Of a DNA stretch of 64,000 nt, positions 1-9,716 are shown piece by piece. The notes under the pieces were generated by a model that was not told where the DNA came from, made no database searches, and was given only the letters and a program-made list of their open reading frames with translations. Made by a program: the position numbers and the translations under genes. Origin of the DNA: Anaerolentibacter hominis (GTDB lineage Bacteria; Bacillota; Clostridia; Lachnospirales; Lachnospiraceae); contig NZ_JAWDIX010000004.1 in assembly GCF_032380675.1 (NCBI RefSeq), positions 95,560 through 159,559 of the forward strand, given 5' to 3'. Every line of letters starts with the position of its first letter. Position 1 is the first letter of the stretch.

Positions 1-10
1 TCATACGCAT

Positions 11-529
11 ATGCAGGAAGCATTTCCACAGGCTGAATTAAAGCCGCTGAAAACAATTCTGATGCTTATGGAACTGAATTTATATGAGGGCTATGGACTT
101 TTTGAAGAAGGCAGGCTGCTGGCATATGCACTGCTTGTACGAAGCAGGACAAGTTCCTGTACCCTGCTGGATTATTATGCCGTCTGCAGAGAGTACCGGG
201 ACCGTGGGCTGGGCAGCACCTTTTTGCAGAAACTTCGGGATGCCTATCAGGATACCCAGGGTATTCTGATTGAGACGGAGGATATTGACCGGGCAGAGAA
301 CGAGGAGGAAAAAAATATAAGGACCCGCAGAGTACAGTTTTATGAGAGAAACGGTGCGGTGCGCACCGGCATTAAAGCCTGTGTATTCACAGTTGACTAC
401 CGTGTTTTCTACCTGCCTGTTGCAGGGAAACCCGATGATGAAATGCTGTTCCGGGAATTTGAGGATATCTATCATACCCTGGTGCCTGAGAAATACTATG
501 AAAGCAACGTGTTTATCACGATGGATTAA
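11..529 (+). CDS. GNAT-family N-acetyltransferase (5' end may extend beyond window start)
   Basis: ORF open to the window edge; acetyl-CoA-binding-like segment (YRDRGLGSTFL) typical of GNAT folds; followed by an intrinsic terminator. Confidence 0.55.
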   Translation: MQEAFPQAELKPLKTILMLMELNLYEGYGLFEEGRLLAYALLVRSRTSSCTLLDYYAVCREYRDRGLGSTFLQKLRDAYQDTQGILIETEDIDRAENEEEKNIRTRRVQFYERNGAVRTGIKACVFTVDYRVFYLPVAGKPDDEMLFREFEDIYHTLVPEKYYESNVFITMD

Positions 530-545
530 AAATCGTTCACGAAGG

Positions 546-578
546 AAAACCCCGCAGACAGAATCTGCGGGGTTTTCC
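546..578 (+). terminator. rho-independent terminator
   Basis: aaaaCCCCGCAGAcagaaTCTGCGGGGtttt hairpin plus T-run. Confidence 0.7.
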
Positions 579-746
579 TGATTATATCTCAATTCATCAA
601 ACCATATCTAAACCATATAATGGATTAGCCTAATTTAGTATAAGCAATCCGGCCTGCCGGACTGTCTCATTTATAAACAATACCTATACCAATTTAAGTA
701 TAAATTCTCTCTCTGTATATGTCAACCAGATTCGAATAAAGTTTCA

Positions 747-2546
747 TCAGATCCTCTTTTTTATCGCGTCAAAGGGAGAAGGCCCCATATCCAAAAAGAA
801 AGTGTGGAACTTCATATCACTGTAATCGGACCAGCTTTTCTTCGCCTGTTCTTTCAGATCCAGTATCTCACAGTAACCGACAATGTATTTCAGATAGTTG
901 CCGGGATCTTCCACAATACGCTTATAGATCCGCTCTATACTGTCCTTATCTTTAATACCAAATTTGGCCAGGAATTGTTCTGCCTCTTTTAAACTCCAGC
1001 CATAGTAATGGATGCCGATGTCGGTAATCCCGTGTACCGCCAGGGTTGCTTCCATATTATTAGAAAGCATGCCCGCCACATTTTCCTTTAAACCGGCCAT
1101 ATTATAAGAAGACATTTCCGCATAGGTTCCCCAGCCTTCGCTGTAACCGCCAAAACTCATGACCTTTCTCAGCGGACTCACATCCTGGGAAGAAAAGTAG
1201 AGATCCTGGTACAGATGCCCCGGATATCCTTCGTGCGCCAGAGTGGTGAACAGAGAGGCCGCGTCATAATCGCTGCCGCCGTTGATATAGATGGCGTGCT
1301 CGGAGGCCTCGTCAATTGGGGTCATAAGGTAAAAAGCCGGGCTCAGATACTCTTCCAGAGAGGGATGGACATAATTTACCTTAATAGCAGTCTGCGGGGT
1401 TCCCGGGAAATTGACCGCACAAGCTTCCTTTAACTCATTTAAAAGTTCATCTGGCTTGGCATCCGGAAAAACAGAGGTCAGGATCTCGTCATATACATCC
1501 GGATCGGCGGTAGCAATTTCTTTCATCTGCCCCAGACTGTCGGAGAGCAGTTTTTCCAGCCGTTTTTCCATCTCCTCCACCGACTTGGAAGAACCGGTGC
1601 TGCCCTGGACCAGGCTGGTATAATATTCCTTGCCGAGAGGATAGTGGCATAACCCTTCCTCGTTGGTCCCGGTTCCTTTTAATTCTGTCAGCGTGTCAAT
1701 TAAGAGTTCATAGGCGGGGATTACAGATTCTTTCACCGCTTTTTTATTTTGTTTTATGTAGCCGCTCTTTTCCTTGTCGGTGAGTTCCAGTCCTTCCAGA
1801 CGGTCGGAAAAGGTTTCCAGCAGAAAGTTGGAATCGGGACTGGATATAAACCCGCTGCACTGCTTAATGATATCATCTGCAGCAAAATCACTCATAAACA
1901 GCCCGGCTTCCGATTTTTCCTTTTCAAATGCGGCAATTTCTTCGAAATACGGATAGATCAGAGGAAGAATCTCAAGATATTCTTCTACATCTGCAGAGGA
2001 AGAAAAATGATATTCTGCCAGCAGAATCGGAAGCTGTGCCTGGAGACCGGTCGTAGGCCCCAGAGCTTCATAATAATAGATAAAATCTTCCGATTTGGGA
2101 TCGGTCTGATAGGAAAACTTGAGAGAATCGTAAATCAGCTGCTGCTCATCAGTCAGCTTCTTATATGGAAAATTTTTTAACGCAGCCTGGATATTTTCGC
2201 TGGACGCCAGCTGAGCGCGCAGCTCATCCGCTGAAAAACTGCCCAAAGTAGGCGCAAAATCGGTAATTCCAAAGGCTTCCGGGTCCGACAGGTAACAGTT
2301 CAGTGAAATACTGTCCCCCTGAACCTTTGATAAAAAGATATCGTTAACAAAGGAATCGAATTCTTTCTGAACCTCTTCCGAACCGGAGGGACGGAAAGAA
2401 AATAGATTGCAGGCTGTCACTGAAACCACAAGAAGAATGACCAGGAGAATACCGAATACTATTTTATTTTTCCAAGTTCCTTTTTTCCTTCCGGTGACGG
2501 GGGCTTTACCCCGGGCAGCCGCAGCTCTCAAACTATTTTTTTTCAT
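747..2546 (-). CDS. DUF885-family secreted or lipoprotein-like protein
   Basis: N-terminal hydrophobic signal/TM segment ending VTAC; HEGYPGH (HExxH-like) motif characteristic of DUF885. Confidence 0.65.
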   Translation of the reverse strand: MKKNSLRAAAARGKAPVTGRKKGTWKNKIVFGILLVILLVVSVTACNLFSFRPSGSEEVQKEFDSFVNDIFLSKVQGDSISLNCYLSDPEAFGITDFAPTLGSFSADELRAQLASSENIQAALKNFPYKKLTDEQQLIYDSLKFSYQTDPKSEDFIYYYEALGPTTGLQAQLPILLAEYHFSSSADVEEYLEILPLIYPYFEEIAAFEKEKSEAGLFMSDFAADDIIKQCSGFISSPDSNFLLETFSDRLEGLELTDKEKSGYIKQNKKAVKESVIPAYELLIDTLTELKGTGTNEEGLCHYPLGKEYYTSLVQGSTGSSKSVEEMEKRLEKLLSDSLGQMKEIATADPDVYDEILTSVFPDAKPDELLNELKEACAVNFPGTPQTAIKVNYVHPSLEEYLSPAFYLMTPIDEASEHAIYINGGSDYDAASLFTTLAHEGYPGHLYQDLYFSSQDVSPLRKVMSFGGYSEGWGTYAEMSSYNMAGLKENVAGMLSNNMEATLAVHGITDIGIHYYGWSLKEAEQFLAKFGIKDKDSIERIYKRIVEDPGNYLKYIVGYCEILDLKEQAKKSWSDYSDMKFHTFFLDMGPSPFDAIKKRI

Positions 2547-2717
2547 GTGAACCTCCCAAGATTATTCTCTGCTACTATTATACATAGACAAGTCCAAGTA
2601 TAGCACAAAAACCGCGGGCAACCTTGACAAAGTCCTGCGGATTCGCTACATTGGTTATATTATATTCGTTCTTTATATAGGAAAGAACTTGCTCTGAATT
2701 GAAAGGGGATTACGGGA

Positions 2718-4670
2718 ATGGAGAAGAAACCGTATTATATTACTACAGCAATTGCGTATACGTCCGGCAAACCACACATCGGAAACACGTATGAGGCGGT
2801 TCTGGCGGACAGTATTGCCAGATATAAAAGGGCACAGGGGTATGATGTGTTCTTTCAGACCGGGACGGACGAGCATGGACAGAAGATTGAGCAGAAAGCA
2901 GAGAAAGCAGGGGTCACGCCTCAGGAGTTTGTAGATCAGGTCTCAGAGACGATACGGACAATCTGGGATATGATGGATACATCCTATGATAAATTCATCC
3001 GGACCACCGATCCTTATCATGAAAAACAGGTGCAGAAGATATTTAAAAAGCTCTATGAAAAAGGTGATATTTACAAGGGATACTATGAGGGGATGTACTG
3101 TACGCCCTGTGAATCCTTCTTTACGGCTTCCCAGCTGGCAGACGGCAAATGTCCGGACTGCGGAAGAGAATGCCAGCCGGCCAAGGAAGAAGCCTATTTT
3201 CTGAAACTGAGCAACTATACGGACCGGCTGATCAAACATATTGAGGAACATCCGGAATTCATCCAGCCGGAGTCCCGCAAGAACGAAATGATGAATAACT
3301 TCATCAAAGCGGGCCTTCAGGATCTGTGTGTGTCCCGTACCTCGTTCAAGTGGGGAATCCCGGTGGATTTTGATGATAAGCATGTAGTCTATGTGTGGAT
3401 TGACGCTCTGAATAACTATATTACAGGTCTGGGCTATGATGTTGACGGCAATCACGGTGAGAACTTTAAGAAGTTCTGGCCTGCGGACCTGCAGTTAATC
3501 GGCAAGGATATTCTCCGCTTTCATACGATCTACTGGCCGATTATGCTGATGGCGCTGGATCTGCCCCTTCCAAAACAGATTTTTGGACATCCCTGGCTTC
3601 TTCAGGGAGAAGGCAAAATGAGCAAATCCAAGGGAAATGTGATCTATGCGGATGATCTGGTCCGTATGTTCGGAGTGGACGCCGTCCGCTATTTCGTGCT
3701 TCATGAAATGCCTTTTGACAATGACGGAACGATTACCTGGGAGCTGATGGTAGAGCGGATGAATTCCGACCTGGCCAATACTCTGGGCAATCTGGTAAAC
3801 CGGACAATCTCAATGACCAATAAGTATTTTGACGGCGTGGTAACACGTACCGGTGAAGCGGAACCTGTGGATGAAGAGTTAAAGGCTCTGACTCTGGAGA
3901 CGCCGAAGAAGGTAGAAGCCAAGATGAATTCTCTGCGGGTGGCGGATGCTATCTCTGAGATATTCACGCTGTTTAAACGCTGTAATAAATATATCGACGA
4001 GACAATGCCATGGGCGCTCGCCAAGGATGAGGCTAAGAAAGACCGCCTGGCGGAAGTTCTCTATAATCTGACGGAGAGCATTACAGCCGGGACCAGCCTG
4101 CTGGCTTCCTTTATGCCGGAAACCGCGCAGAAGATTTTCACCCAGCTGAATACTGCCTGCCGCGGCCTGGATCAGATGGATCAATACGGGCTGTATCCGT
4201 CGGGAAATAAAGTGACGGACAAACCGGAAATCCTGTTTGCCCGTTTGGATCTGAATGAGGTGCTGGCCCAGGTCGAAGAACTGAAGGCAGACCAGGCAAA
4301 ACCGGAAGAACCGGAAGAACACGTAATTGATCTGGAGCCGAAGGCGGAGATTGCCTATGATGACTTTGCCGCCATGCAGTTTCAGGTAGGAGAGATTATT
4401 GCCTGTGAGGAAGTGAAGAAGTCGAAGAAACTTCTGTGCTCCCAGGTAAGAATCGGCAGTCAGGTTAAGCAGATCGTATCCGGCATCAAGGCGTTTTATA
4501 AACCGGAGGAAATGGTTGGCAAGAAGGTTATGGTTCTGGTGAACTTAAAACCTGCCAAGCTGGCCGGGGTTCTTTCCGAGGGGATGCTCTTATGTGCAGA
4601 AGATGAAAATGGCAATCTGGCTCTGGTTGTTCCCGAGAAGGACATGCCGTCCGGAGCGGAGATCTGTTAA
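2718..4670 (+). CDS. metG: methionine--tRNA ligase
   Basis: class I aaRS motifs (PHIGN, KMSKS), Zn-knuckle Cys pairs, C-terminal tRNA-binding EMAP-like domain. Confidence 0.95.
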   Translation: MEKKPYYITTAIAYTSGKPHIGNTYEAVLADSIARYKRAQGYDVFFQTGTDEHGQKIEQKAEKAGVTPQEFVDQVSETIRTIWDMMDTSYDKFIRTTDPYHEKQVQKIFKKLYEKGDIYKGYYEGMYCTPCESFFTASQLADGKCPDCGRECQPAKEEAYFLKLSNYTDRLIKHIEEHPEFIQPESRKNEMMNNFIKAGLQDLCVSRTSFKWGIPVDFDDKHVVYVWIDALNNYITGLGYDVDGNHGENFKKFWPADLQLIGKDILRFHTIYWPIMLMALDLPLPKQIFGHPWLLQGEGKMSKSKGNVIYADDLVRMFGVDAVRYFVLHEMPFDNDGTITWELMVERMNSDLANTLGNLVNRTISMTNKYFDGVVTRTGEAEPVDEELKALTLETPKKVEAKMNSLRVADAISEIFTLFKRCNKYIDETMPWALAKDEAKKDRLAEVLYNLTESITAGTSLLASFMPETAQKIFTQLNTACRGLDQMDQYGLYPSGNKVTDKPEILFARLDLNEVLAQVEELKADQAKPEEPEEHVIDLEPKAEIAYDDFAAMQFQVGEIIACEEVKKSKKLLCSQVRIGSQVKQIVSGIKAFYKPEEMVGKKVMVLVNLKPAKLAGVLSEGMLLCAEDENGNLALVVPEKDMPSGAEIC

Positions 4671-4695
4671 ACACAGAACTGAAAAAAGAGATGAT

Positions 4696-4733
4696 CAGAC
4701 TTCACAGCCTTTTGGGCTGTGAAGTCTGTTTTT
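4696..4733 (+). terminator. rho-independent terminator after metG
   Basis: CAGACTTCACAGCC-ttttg-GGCTGTGAAGTCTG followed by TTTTT. Confidence 0.75.
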
Positions 4734-4780
4734 ACCATAGGCGTTAACGCATCAGAATAGGAAAGACAACGGAGGCTGAC

Positions 4781-5578
4781 ATGATATTTGAAACACATGC
4801 GCATTATGATGACGAACAGTTTGATCCGGACAGGGAGGAGCTCTTAAACCGCCTTCATGCTTCCGGCATAGGGCCGATTGTCAACGTAGGGGCTAATTTG
4901 CAGGGGTGCCGGGATACAGTGGAATTAACGGAGCAATATCCTTTTATATATGGAGCGGTTGGTGTCCATCCCAGCGAGACGGGGGAGCTGAATGAGGAGA
5001 ATTTCGGCCTTCTGCGGGAGCTGCTTTTTAGAGAGAAAATAGTAGCGGTAGGTGAGATCGGGCTGGATTATTACTGGGATGAACCGGATCACGATACACA
5101 GAAGAAATGGTTTATCAGGCAGCTGAATCTGGCCAGGGAGCTGAAAATGCCAGTCATTATTCACAGCAGGGATGCGGCCCAGGATACTTACAATATTCTG
5201 AAACAGGAAAAAGCAGAGGAGATCGGCGGCGTCATTCACTGCTTTTCTTACTCGGCAGAGATGGCACAAAGATATGTAGACATGGGATTTTATATCGGTG
5301 TGGGCGGAGTGGTCACCTTTCAGAACGCGAAAAAACTGAAAGAGGTAGTTGTGAGCGTGCCGCTGGAACGAATCGTTCTGGAGACGGACAGCCCTTATCT
5401 GGCTCCTGTACCCAACCGGGGAAAAAGAAACTGTTCCGGCAACCTGTCTCTTGTCGTCGGGAAAATAGCGGAGCTGAAAGGGATAACGGCGGAACAGGTA
5501 ATAGATACCACCCGAAAGAATGCCTTTAAGCTATACCATATGGAAGAAGAGACAGTCAATACAATCAGAAAGGTTTGA
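4781..5578 (+). CDS. tatD: TatD-family metal-dependent hydrolase/DNase
   Basis: N-terminal ETHAHYDD metal-binding motif and overall TatD architecture; follows metG as is common. Confidence 0.85.
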   Translation: MIFETHAHYDDEQFDPDREELLNRLHASGIGPIVNVGANLQGCRDTVELTEQYPFIYGAVGVHPSETGELNEENFGLLRELLFREKIVAVGEIGLDYYWDEPDHDTQKKWFIRQLNLARELKMPVIIHSRDAAQDTYNILKQEKAEEIGGVIHCFSYSAEMAQRYVDMGFYIGVGGVVTFQNAKKLKEVVVSVPLERIVLETDSPYLAPVPNRGKRNCSGNLSLVVGKIAELKGITAEQVIDTTRKNAFKLYHMEEETVNTIRKV

Positions 5579-5587
5579 GGAACGCGG

Positions 5588-6463
5588 ATGGCGACACTTG
5601 GAAATCCCCAGAATACAATTGAGATTCTTCAGAAGTATAAATTTAACTTTCAAAAAAAGTTTGGTCAGAATTTTCTGATCGACACCAGGGTGCTGGATAA
5701 GATTATCGCGGCAGCAGGACTTACAAAAGACGATATGGTGCTGGAGATCGGACCGGGAATCGGCACCATGACCCAGTATCTGTGCGAGAGTGCAAGAGAA
5801 GTCGTGGCGGTGGAGATTGATCAGAATCTGATCCCTATTCTGAAAGACACCTTATCCGGCTATGACAATGTGGAAATTTTGAACCAGGATATCCTGAAAA
5901 TGGATATTCAGGAACTGATCGACCGGAAAAACGGCGGGAAGCCGATTAAGGTCGTCGCTAACCTGCCTTATTATATTACAACGCCTATCATAATGGGTCT
6001 TCTGGAAAGTCATGTGCCGGTGGAGAACATCACAGTCATGGTGCAGAAAGAAGTGGCGGAGCGAATGCAGACCGGCCCGGGGACCAAGGATTATGGGGCA
6101 CTGTCCCTGGGTGTCCAGTATTACGCCAGCCCATATCTGGCGGCCAATGTACCGCCGAACTGTTTTATGCCCAGACCAAATGTGGGTTCGGCAGTGATCC
6201 GGCTGACCCTGCATGAAAAGCCAGTGGTCGAGGTAAAGGATGAGAAATTAATGTTTCAGATTATCCGGGCGGTATTTAACCAGAGACGGAAAACCCTGGT
6301 CAACAGCCTGAACAATTCCCCTGTGATCTCCATTCCCAAGGAGAAAATCGAACAGGCGGTCCGTAAGATGGGTAAAAGTCCTACCGTGCGGGGAGAAACC
6401 TTTACGCTGGAAGACTTTGCAGCCTTTACTAACTTGCTGACAGCCGACAGAACCGAGGTATGA
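5588..6463 (+). CDS. rsmA: 16S rRNA (adenine1518/adenine1519-N6)-dimethyltransferase RsmA/KsgA
   Basis: KFGQNFLID SAM-binding N-terminus, ANLPYYITTPI motif. Confidence 0.9.
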   Translation: MATLGNPQNTIEILQKYKFNFQKKFGQNFLIDTRVLDKIIAAAGLTKDDMVLEIGPGIGTMTQYLCESAREVVAVEIDQNLIPILKDTLSGYDNVEILNQDILKMDIQELIDRKNGGKPIKVVANLPYYITTPIIMGLLESHVPVENITVMVQKEVAERMQTGPGTKDYGALSLGVQYYASPYLAANVPPNCFMPRPNVGSAVIRLTLHEKPVVEVKDEKLMFQIIRAVFNQRRKTLVNSLNNSPVISIPKEKIEQAVRKMGKSPTVRGETFTLEDFAAFTNLLTADRTEV

Positions 6464-6470
6464 AAGTAAC

Positions 6471-6938
6471 ATGAAAGACGATATCTACTATATGAAAGAA
6501 GCGCTGAAACAGGCCAGGAAGGCGGGTGATCTGCTGGAGGTTCCAATCGGCTGCGTGATCGTTCATGAAGATAAAATAATAGCAAGGGGCTATAATCAGC
6601 GGAATACGAAGAAGAGCACGCTGGCTCACGCGGAGATCCTGGCAATCGGAAAAGCAAGTAAAAAGCTGGGGGACTGGAGGCTGGAAGAGTGCACCATGTA
6701 TGTGACGCTGGAACCATGTCAGATGTGCGCGGGGGCAATCATTCAGGCCAGAATACCAAGGGTTGTTATCGGATGTATGAATCCTAAGGCCGGCTGCTGC
6801 GGGTCTATATTAAACCTGCTCGAAATGGAACAATTCAACCATCAGTCGGAAGTGACCAGAGGAGTGCTGGAAGAAGAGTGCAGCGGGCTATTGAAGGAAT
6901 TCTTCAGGAAGCTGAGGAAGGGAAAGAGCAGCAAATAA
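6471..6938 (+). CDS. tadA: tRNA adenosine(34) deaminase
   Basis: CDA-fold zinc motifs HAEI...PCQMCAGA. Confidence 0.9.
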   Translation: MKDDIYYMKEALKQARKAGDLLEVPIGCVIVHEDKIIARGYNQRNTKKSTLAHAEILAIGKASKKLGDWRLEECTMYVTLEPCQMCAGAIIQARIPRVVIGCMNPKAGCCGSILNLLEMEQFNHQSEVTRGVLEEECSGLLKEFFRKLRKGKSSK

Positions 6939-7075
6939 GGAAGAATGAAGAAGGAAAAACGTAGTAAGATTATAATAGCTAACTCTTGAAGAAACACTCT
7001 TTCTCCCGTTCTTCATTTTTCATTATTCACTCTTCCTTCTTCACTATTCCTTAGATTATTTTAAAATTAATATTC

Positions 7076-7104
7076 TTGACATACTATAATAAAGCGGTTA
7101 TACT
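7076..7104 (+). promoter_or_regulatory. sigma-70-type promoter (TTGACA-17-TATACT) upstream of SRP RNA
   Basis: consensus -35 and near-consensus -10 with 17-nt spacer about 30 nt upstream of the SRP RNA 5' helix. Confidence 0.55.
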
Positions 7105-7133
7105 GTAAACCACGTGTTATTTTGTCATAAAGT

Positions 7134-7399
7134 TTCCGTGCAGCCGGGGAGATAGCGGTGCCCTGTACCTGCAATCCGCTACAGCAGGGGTGATATTCTG
7201 CCGAGGGTCTTTTTTTGTGGGGCCGGCCTTTATAAGTGATGTTGACGTTTGGGTCTTGCGCAACAGGAATTCGTGAACCGTGTCAGGTCAGGAATGGAGC
7301 AGCACTAAGCGGAACCTTCTGTGTGCCGTAAGGGTGCCTGAGCCGAGTTAACTGTAAAGGTATCGCCTATGAAAGGGATTCGAAGCAGAATGCACGGAA
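7134..7399 (+). ncRNA. ffs: signal recognition particle RNA, long Bacillus/Clostridium type (about 265 nt)
   Basis: domain IV core GUGUCAGGUCAGGAAUGGAGCAGCAC...GUGUGCCGUAAGGGUGCC closely matches the conserved 4.5S helix-8 region; terminal helix CCGUGCAG/CUGCACGG closes the molecule; Alu-like 5' segment GGGGAGAUAGCGGUGCCCUGUACC; tadA-ffs synteny is common in Firmicutes. Confidence 0.7.
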
Positions 7400-7554
7400 T
7401 TTAAATTAAATAGATTTATCATGGAAGTAGATAAGACTCCCACCTCAATAGGTGGTGAGTAAATAACAAATACGTCTTGGTGGGAGCTCAGTCTCCTTCC
7501 GAGATAAAGCCTCCGGCGGCTCGCAGCAAGTACGCCGAGGCGTACTTGAAAAAA

Positions 7555-7583
7555 CTCTGCGCATTGATGTGCAGAGTTTTTTC
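7555..7583 (+). terminator. rho-independent terminator
   Basis: CTCTGCGC-attgatgt-GCAGAG followed by TTTTTT. Confidence 0.65.
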
Positions 7584-7741
7584 TTTATATAAGATGGCTC
7601 TCTCCGTGTGCGGCGCCAGTCGTTTCAGAGAGTTTAGGAGAAAAAAGTTGTCTGATAACTGGTTCTAATCAGAAGGATTAATTGAAAGAATATTCTGAAA
7701 ACTGATGTAAATAGATAAAATGAATTATTTTAGAAAAATGT

Positions 7742-7770
7742 GTTGACAAATAAAAAGCACTATACTATAA
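7742..7770 (+). promoter_or_regulatory. perfect consensus sigma-70 promoter TTGACA-17-TATAAT
   Basis: exact -35 and -10 hexamers with 17-nt spacer; no CDS downstream on either strand for about 650 nt. Confidence 0.6.
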
Positions 7771-7776
7771 TCAAGA

Positions 7777-8424
7777 TAACAAAGAACAAACACTTAATAA
7801 CAACAGAGTTGAAGTAAAAGAAAGGTAAGGTGATTCCCTTGGCAACGATAGATGAACATTTAAAAGGTGAATCAATGAAGTCAGAAAGAATGGCCTTCGC
7901 AAAGTAAAACATCTCGTATATAACAATATACAAAAGTCGGAGTGACAAGATGGATTTTAAGAAGGACTCATTGATTCATCTAATTAAAAAAAGAGGTTTC
8001 ATTATTCCGGTAAGAGAGTAGATTTAACATAGACGTTTCCCTATGTTAATGAAGTTAGTGTGAGAGTCGTTGATAAACGATTGATGGCAGAGCCGTTAGT
8101 AAGGTCAATGACAGAACATTAAGTGGATAAGGACAAATTCAATTAAGGAGTTTGGACAGAAGATCAGAGATTAGAAACTCATAAGAACACTTTGGAAGTG
8201 ATGTGAATCAGGACTGAAGAGCAGAAGATGATGTGAAGATTGAAGGATTAAAAGACTCTCATAAAACAGTAAGATATGGAAAAGAGGAATAATAAAATCA
8301 GTAAGGAAACAACATTCATAGAATGGCCTTAAAAATAATCCTCCGGCTTATTAAATATAGTACAATTAAATAAACTGAATAAAAAACTAAAAGCCCTCCG
8401 TCAAACACACGGAGGGCTTCTTTT
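7777..8424 (+). ncRNA. candidate large non-coding RNA: purine-rich, ORF-free transcript unit, unclassified
   Basis: bounded by a consensus promoter (7742-7770) and a strong hairpin-plus-T-run terminator (8391-8424); no + strand ORF of at least 60 aa; + strand very A/G-rich with few C; internal local hairpins. Confidence 0.3.
8391..8424. terminator. bidirectional rho-independent terminator
   Basis: AAGCCCTCCG-tcaaacaca-CGGAGGGCTT flanked by A-run 5' and T-run 3'; also serves the convergent minus-strand gene. Confidence 0.8.
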
Positions 8425-8442
8425 CGCTCGTTTACCATCTGC

Positions 8443-9165
8443 TCAGGCAGCCCCATGCTGTTTGCGATTGGGCAGATGTTCCATGATCCTGTTTCTGAAA
8501 TGAAACAGCAGAAGAACCCCGATTAATTCCAGAACAGCCAGAACTCCGGCAAGGATAAAATGTCCCTGCAGTAAAAGCCTTCCGCAGAATACAAAAATAA
8601 AAATACTAGGGAAACTGCCGCAGGCAACTGCCAGAGTGAACTCCTTTAAAGTGATTTCTGTCTTTGCGGCGATATGAGGGATCATGCCATTGGGAACCAT
8701 TGGAATCAGACAGGCCAGAAATACGGTATATGCCGGATCTTTTGTATGTAAGAGCATGGTTTCGAACCGGCCGTTGCTCTTGGCCGGAAACATTCCGTCG
8801 ATAAGGCTGCCCAGTTTGCGGGAAAGTAAAAAGACAAACAAATTAGCAGCTATATGGCTGATCAGACACAGCAGTGTGCCGATTATGACACCGTATAACA
8901 GCCCGGCGACTATATGTATCGGAGAACCCGGAAAGACAACGGTTACAATTTGCAGAAATTGCAGCAGCGCCAGAAATATATAGCCAAGATTTCCGGCATT
9001 TCTCAGATAATTTTCAATTTCCTGTTCATTACCGTGCTCAAGCAGCGGAATCAGATCCGGAGCAACAATGGACACGAAATAAACGACAGCGGCCATAATC
9101 ACAATAATAGTCACTGCCAGAAGCAGATAACGGACAAACTCCATCTTTGTTTTTTTCTTCTTCAT
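8443..9165 (-). CDS. TVP38/TMEM64 (DedA-related) family membrane protein
   Basis: multi-TM ORF with a VFPGSPIHIVAGLLYG motif; start set at MKKKKTKMEF (ATG 9165) preceded by AGGGGG SD, not the upstream track start. Confidence 0.65.
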   Translation of the reverse strand: MKKKKTKMEFVRYLLLAVTIIVIMAAVVYFVSIVAPDLIPLLEHGNEQEIENYLRNAGNLGYIFLALLQFLQIVTVVFPGSPIHIVAGLLYGVIIGTLLCLISHIAANLFVFLLSRKLGSLIDGMFPAKSNGRFETMLLHTKDPAYTVFLACLIPMVPNGMIPHIAAKTEITLKEFTLAVACGSFPSIFIFVFCGRLLLQGHFILAGVLAVLELIGVLLLFHFRNRIMEHLPNRKQHGAA

Positions 9166-9716
9166 ATAACCCCCTGTTTTCAGTTTGCCATATAACAAAC
9201 CTGCCGCCATCTGACAGAATACCCCTCCTGACCCTGACGGCAATAAACAGCCCTTGTACCGTAACTCATTCTAATTAAAAATCCCGTACTATTAATTTAT
9301 GAATATCGGGTTTGTCTTGATTATGTTATAAAATTATAACACGGGAAAATCGGAAAAGGAAGAAAAATATAGCTGCCTCTGCTACTTGTAAAAAGTGGTT
9401 TTTTGTGTTTGTCCTTGTTTTTCCGAATGTCCGATGGTACTATATGCTTAATAATGGCTGCCTGATCCTTTTGATTTTCCTGTATTGCTGCAGGATATCC
9501 AGATGCGGAGAATAGACATGGGGAGATGGATGGCCCGATAAAATTAAGAAATGTACGACGAACGCCCGGCCGGTCCCAGGGATATATTAAAGTATCAAGG
9601 TTTATGTGCACAGAAATCAGCCGGTTTGTCTACATAAGAAGATACAGGGAAAGCTGCCGGTTCTGGATGGGAACTTTGGCAGGCGGCTTTCGGATAGAAT
9701 AAAGGAAGGAAATAAG

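Noticed and set aside
80-592. 170-aa minus-strand ORF antisense to the GNAT gene
   Set aside because: Fully overlaps a better-supported + strand gene and runs through its terminator. No RBS and no recognizable domain.
3701-4322. Several minus-strand ORFs (107-147 aa) inside metG
   Set aside because: Antisense to a high-confidence aaRS gene. Low-complexity translations. Typical shadow ORFs.
6256-6738. 160-aa minus ORF spanning the rsmA/tadA junction
   Set aside because: Antisense to two well-supported genes. Pro/Ser-rich nonsense translation.
7477-7668. 63-aa + ORF between SRP RNA and the consensus promoter
   Set aside because: Runs straight through a clear intrinsic terminator and has no RBS.
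9470-9560. GGTCCC/GGATGG-containing stretch that briefly suggested an FMN (RFN) riboswitch upstream of the flavin reductase gene
   Set aside because: Only isolated short matches. The multi-helix RFN core is not present.
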